32,000 nucleotides of DNA, from contig JASBSB010000005.1 of NCBI GenBank assembly GCA_030149205.1, positions 1-32,000 of the forward strand, given 5' to 3'. This DNA is from Candidatus Heimdallarchaeota archaeon. GTDB taxonomy: Archaea > Asgardarchaeota > Heimdallarchaeia > Heimdallarchaeales > Kariarchaeaceae. Positions 28,397 to 32,000 of this stretch are shown here, in pieces. Position 1 is the stretch's first letter, and the number at the start of each line of letters is the position of its first letter. The notes below the pieces were generated by a model. It was given only the letters and a program-made list of their open reading frames with translations, ran no database searches and was not told the DNA's origin. A program made the translations under genes and the position numbers.

Positions 28397-29182
28397 ATGA
28401 AGATTGTTGTACTTCTAAAAGCAGTGCCAGACACAGAAACGAGATTCAAAATTCGTGAGGATGAGACTGACGTAGTATATGATGATTCTATAGAATGGAT
28501 TGCATCCCCATACGATGAATATGGGTTGGAAGCAGGCATTCAGTTCAAGGAGAAACTAGATGGCACTGAACTGACCATATTGACTCTGGGCAAAGGTAAT
28601 GAGAGTCAAGTGATTAGAAAAGCATTGGCAATGGGAGCTGACAAGGCTTCCTTGATAAACAACGAGGATCTTGCTAGCAGCGACCCACTGGGAGTTGCAA
28701 AGGTACTAGCAAAGGAGCTTGAAGAGCTGAAACCAGATCTGATAATAGCAGGTAGGTTAGCCACTGATTCATCAGATAGCTTTGTAGGACCAGCACTCGC
28801 TGAAATAATGAAATACAGTTTGGTTTCAGAAGTATCAACTATCGAAAATTTTGATGAATCTCATCTTGTTGTACTGAGGGACGCGACAGGCAGAAAAGAG
28901 AAGTTTGAAGTCAAGCTCCCCGCATTAATTACCACAGATAAGGGTTTAAACGAGCCTAGATATCCCAAACTTCCAGATATTATGAAAGCAAAAAGAAAAC
29001 CACTTGATGAGAAAGACTTAGCTGAGTTGAGTGCAATTTCAGGAGTTGCAAATCGCAAAGTAAAACAAGTAAAGGTAGCATTTCCACCGAAGAAACAGGG
29101 TGGAGAGATATTTACTGGAGACCTCGATGAAGCTGTTGATAAACTTGTAAAGGCGTTACATGATAAGGAGAAGGTGTTTTAA
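28397..29182 (+). CDS. etfB: Electron transfer flavoprotein beta subunit
   Basis: LKAVPDT, PYDEYGLE, ALAMGAD, GRLATDS and NEPRYPKLPDIMKAK. Confidence 0.95.
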   Translation: MKIVVLLKAVPDTETRFKIREDETDVVYDDSIEWIASPYDEYGLEAGIQFKEKLDGTELTILTLGKGNESQVIRKALAMGADKASLINNEDLASSDPLGVAKVLAKELEELKPDLIIAGRLATDSSDSFVGPALAEIMKYSLVSEVSTIENFDESHLVVLRDATGRKEKFEVKLPALITTDKGLNEPRYPKLPDIMKAKRKPLDEKDLAELSAISGVANRKVKQVKVAFPPKKQGGEIFTGDLDEAVDKLVKALHDKEKVF

Positions 29183-30129
29183 TGAAAATCGTCATATTTT
29201 TAGAAAGTTATAACGGAAAGCTGGTCAAGGCAGCCAAAGAAGCAATTTCAGTTGCAGATAAAATTGATTCAGGTGCTGAGAAGATAGGGGTACTTTTGGG
29301 TACTGATTTAGATTCTATAGCAAATGATCTTAAGAATTATGGTCTGAAGGAAGTTTACAAAGGTGAGGGTGGTGAATATGCAACTTATCATTCCAGTATC
29401 TATGCCAAAGCCATTAAATCAGTAGATGCTGATTATTATGTAATTCCTGGAACTGTCTGGGGTAGAGAAATCGGTCCAAGATTAACTGTCATGCTAGATT
29501 CATCATTTGCTGGAGATGTCACCGAAGTATTAGACAGTACCAAATTTGTAAGATCAATACACGGAAACAAAGTTCTTTCAACCGTAGAGGTTTCTGGTCA
29601 AACTGTTGTAACAGTCAGACCTGGAGTCTTTGACTTACCATCAGAAACACCCTCTGAATATGAGCTAAAAACACTTGAAGGACATAAGGAAGACCATGAT
29701 GAAAATGTTTCACTTGTTGAAGTTTTAGCCGCTGAGAGTGGTAAAATTGAGCTTACTGAGGCAGACATCATAGTCTCTGGGGGTAGAGGTGTTAAAGGCC
29801 CCGAAAACTTTCATTTGATTGAAGAATTAGCTGGTCTGTTAGGTGCCGCAGTGGGTGCATCTCGAGCTGTTGTTGATGCAGGGTGGAGACCACACTCAGA
29901 GCAAGTTGGTCAAACTGGTAAGTTTGTCAGTCCAAAACTTTACATGGCTGTGGGAATCTCAGGTGCAATTCAACATTTAGCAGGAATGTCAACCTCTGAT
30001 ATTATTGTAGCAATTAACAAAGACGAAGAGGCACCTATTTTCAAGGTTTCAGATTATGGCATTGTAGGTGACCTCTTTGTGGTAGTTCCTAAACTTATGG
30101 AAAAAATAAAGGAAGTCAAAAATCAATAA
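29182..30129 (+). CDS. etfA: Electron transfer flavoprotein alpha subunit
   Basis: LTEADIIVSGGRG, GASRAVVDAGW, QVGQTGK, GISGAIQHLAGM and INKDEEAPIF; 1-nt overlap with etfB. Confidence 0.95.
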   Translation: MKIVIFLESYNGKLVKAAKEAISVADKIDSGAEKIGVLLGTDLDSIANDLKNYGLKEVYKGEGGEYATYHSSIYAKAIKSVDADYYVIPGTVWGREIGPRLTVMLDSSFAGDVTEVLDSTKFVRSIHGNKVLSTVEVSGQTVVTVRPGVFDLPSETPSEYELKTLEGHKEDHDENVSLVEVLAAESGKIELTEADIIVSGGRGVKGPENFHLIEELAGLLGAAVGASRAVVDAGWRPHSEQVGQTGKFVSPKLYMAVGISGAIQHLAGMSTSDIIVAINKDEEAPIFKVSDYGIVGDLFVVVPKLMEKIKEVKNQ

Positions 30130-30173
30130 ATAATCTCTAAGAAACTAAAGTCTTCATCTGATATTTTACGGAA

Positions 30174-30181
30174 TATATAAA
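30174..30181 (+). promoter_or_regulatory. Likely TATA box of the tRNA gene
   Basis: TATATAAA ending 26 nt before tRNA position 1. Confidence 0.5.
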
Positions 30182-30207
30182 AATTAGAAATTAATCTTAG
30201 AATTATA

Positions 30208-30326
30208 GAGGTAGTAGCTCAGCTTGGAAGAGCGCTGCCCTTCTAAAAATGTGGTTAAACCTCATTTGTAGCAAGGCAGATGTCGCGGGTTCGAAATCCA
30301 ATAAGACGAAATTCCCGTCTACCTCG
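30208..30326 (+). tRNA. tRNA-Arg(UCU) with two introns (30246-30273 at 37/38; 30296-30312 at 59/60)
   Basis: Acceptor GAGGTAG/CTACCTC (7 bp), D stem GCTC/GAGC, anticodon stem CTGCC/GGCAG, T stem GCGGG/CCCGT. Removing both inserts gives a 74-nt cloverleaf with loops CTTCTAA and TTCGAAT, plus Arg identity elements A20 and G73. Confidence 0.92.
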
Positions 30327-30361
30327 TAATTTATTATCAATTTTATTTTTATGTTTTAATT

Positions 30362-31588
30362 TCACCAAAGAGTTTTGACATTTACTGATGGTGCATCTTG
30401 ATCCCAAGATGAACTAGTATTTCCAACCTCTTCACCCAAATCCAAAGCATATGGAGAATCCACCCCAGATAATATAACTGTTACTTCAAGCTTGTTCCCT
30501 AAACTTTCGTCCTTGTCAGTTCCCCAAATAATTTCAGCACCCCTACCAATTTCTTGAGTAATCATTCTAACACTTCTCTTAATCTCATCCAAGCTTAGTG
30601 ATTCTCCTCCTGTTATCTGAATCAAAGCAGCCTTAGCATCCGAGATTTGAATATCCAAAAGGTTTGAAGCAAGTGCCTCTGCTATGGCTTCTTCCACTCG
30701 ATGTTCTCCTTCTCCTTCTCCTACTCCAATTACAGAACTACCACCCCTGGTAAGAATTTGTCTGATGTCTGCGAAATCTACATTCACATAAGCTTTGCTT
30801 TTGATTAGGTTAACAATTCCTCTAACAGCTTTGATTAAGATCTCGTCAGCGACCTTAAATGCCAAATCTAAGGGGAGGTCTGAACTTAATTGTAATAATT
30901 TCTCATTTGGAATTACTATAACTGTATCACATGATTTGTATAGCTCTCTTAACCCTTCCAATGCATTTTTGATCTTGTACTCTCCTTCCATCTCAAATGG
31001 TAATGTACAAACTCCAACAACCAAGGCACCTTGTTCTTTTGCTACACTTGCTATAACTGGAGCAGCACCAGTTCCTGTTCCACCTCCCATTCCTGCTTGC
31101 ACGAAAACTAGATCTGCACCAGACACCAATTCTTCAATCTCTGGGATTGATTCCTCTGCAGCTGCTCTGCCTATCACGGGGTCATTTCCTGCTCCAAGCC
31201 CCTCAGTTAGGTTTTTTCCAAGTATCAATTTCTTGTTACTATTGGTACTGTAGAGATGAAAAGCGTCAGTGTTCGCTGCAACTGACACCGCCCCCTTCAA
31301 GCCCTTTAGGTGCAATCTGTTAACAGCATTTGAACCTGCTCCACCCACCCCAAACACCAGTATCTTGTTTAGATTGTTGGTAATCAAGACTTTTATAATA
31401 TTGTCAACCTGGTCAGAGTTGTATTTGCTCTTTTTATCATTCAGCGGAATTTCATTAGATGATTTCTCTTGATGTTTCCTCTTTATACTGGAAATAAAGG
31501 ATGGTTCTTTGATTTTGGGTTCTTGTGACTGATAAACAGTCTCCAACTCATCCCACATATCAAGATGATCTTTAATGGGAGAACTCAT
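30362..31588 (-). CDS. ftsZ: Cell division protein FtsZ with an N-terminal extension
   Basis: GVGGAGSNA, ANTD, GLGAGNDP, AGMGGGTGTGAAP, PFEMEG, IPNEKL and T7 loop NVDFAD; start reassigned to MSSPI at 31588. Confidence 0.97.
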   Translation of the reverse strand: MSSPIKDHLDMWDELETVYQSQEPKIKEPSFISSIKRKHQEKSSNEIPLNDKKSKYNSDQVDNIIKVLITNNLNKILVFGVGGAGSNAVNRLHLKGLKGAVSVAANTDAFHLYSTNSNKKLILGKNLTEGLGAGNDPVIGRAAAEESIPEIEELVSGADLVFVQAGMGGGTGTGAAPVIASVAKEQGALVVGVCTLPFEMEGEYKIKNALEGLRELYKSCDTVIVIPNEKLLQLSSDLPLDLAFKVADEILIKAVRGIVNLIKSKAYVNVDFADIRQILTRGGSSVIGVGEGEGEHRVEEAIAEALASNLLDIQISDAKAALIQITGGESLSLDEIKRSVRMITQEIGRGAEIIWGTDKDESLGNKLEVTVILSGVDSPYALDLGEEVGNTSSSWDQDAPSVNVKTLW

Positions 31589-31768
31589 AGAAAAAAATCT
31601 AGTACTTAGAATTAATAAAGAAGTCAATATAGATGTGTTATGTCAGTAGTATCGAACCAAGGAGTATACTGAATTATTACAAATAAAAAGTATATTTTAG
31701 TAAGCTAATGGAATAGGGAGAAGCCTTTAATCAATATATTAAAATATGTTACTTACAGTATATCTACA

Positions 31769-32000
31769 TTGATAGATTTCAATATCGAAGATGCTGAAAG
31801 TGCCGAGAAGGATTTTACCCAAAATTTCTCTAGACTTCATCTTACAGATTTTCAAATGACAATTGTGGATAATATCACAGAGTTTCTTGATGATAAATTA
31901 GTTCTAAGTGTATTTGCTTTAAAGGGGTTCATTTATAGAGCAGTCAAGGTTTGGCAACAAACCATGGAAAAACCCGGTAACAGTATTGAGTCTTTTACTC
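31769..32000 (+). CDS. Partial hypothetical CDS running off the window
   Basis: Frame open from 31709 to the window end; first start codon is TTG at 31769 (IDFNIEDAESAEKDF...); divergent from ftsZ. Confidence 0.55.
   Translation, partial: MIDFNIEDAESAEKDFTQNFSRLHLTDFQMTIVDNITEFLDDKLVLSVFALKGFIYRAVKVWQQTMEKPGNSIESFT

Noticed and set aside
25955-30129. Carbamate kinase, CoA-binding protein and ETF as one novel pathway
   Set aside because: All are common metabolic genes, no arcA/arcB is in the window, and intergenic gaps give no evidence of a single unit.
30240-30279. Alternative splice giving tRNA-Ala(UGC) (intron at 34/35)
   Set aside because: No BHB forms at that junction, and the tRNA lacks G3:U70 and A73 while having Arg elements A20 and G73.
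691-31472. Antisense or nested ORFs in the track (e.g. 691-1017, 7125-7403, 9176-9439, 21118-21588, 25315-25809, 27156-27512, 30795-31253)
   Set aside because: All lie opposite or within well-supported genes and show no independent motifs; shadow ORFs.

Overview
Archaeal chromosomal window, most likely from an Asgard archaeon (inference from a bulge-helix-bulge intron tRNA, TATA/BRE promoters and two longin-type domains). Housekeeping genes: two ABC-2 exporter operons, nhaA, a 3-hydroxyacyl-CoA dehydrogenase, carbamate kinase, a CoA-binding protein, etfB/etfA and ftsZ. The left end (1-3.5 kb) is an AT-rich accessory region: a nucleotidyltransferase plus a tandem ATP-grasp (PPDK-N-like) gene that appears cut by a GC-rich structured segment at the window edge. 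Best signals: (1) two CxxC-x17-CxxC zinc-ribbon genes, the second missed by the ORF track, sharing a conserved promoter and a 5' leader that folds into a long hairpin with a conserved pyrimidine loop; (2) a tRNA-Arg(UCU) with two introns, one canonical (37/38) and one in the T-loop (59/60) with a perfect BHB; (3) a protein with a folliculin/uDENN-like longin domain; (4) a 1740-aa receptor-like protein (Ig repeats, TM, cytoplasmic longin); (5) a DUF433-ABC ATPase fusion. No CRISPR array, rRNA or transposase was seen. All family calls are motif recognition by eye, not database results.
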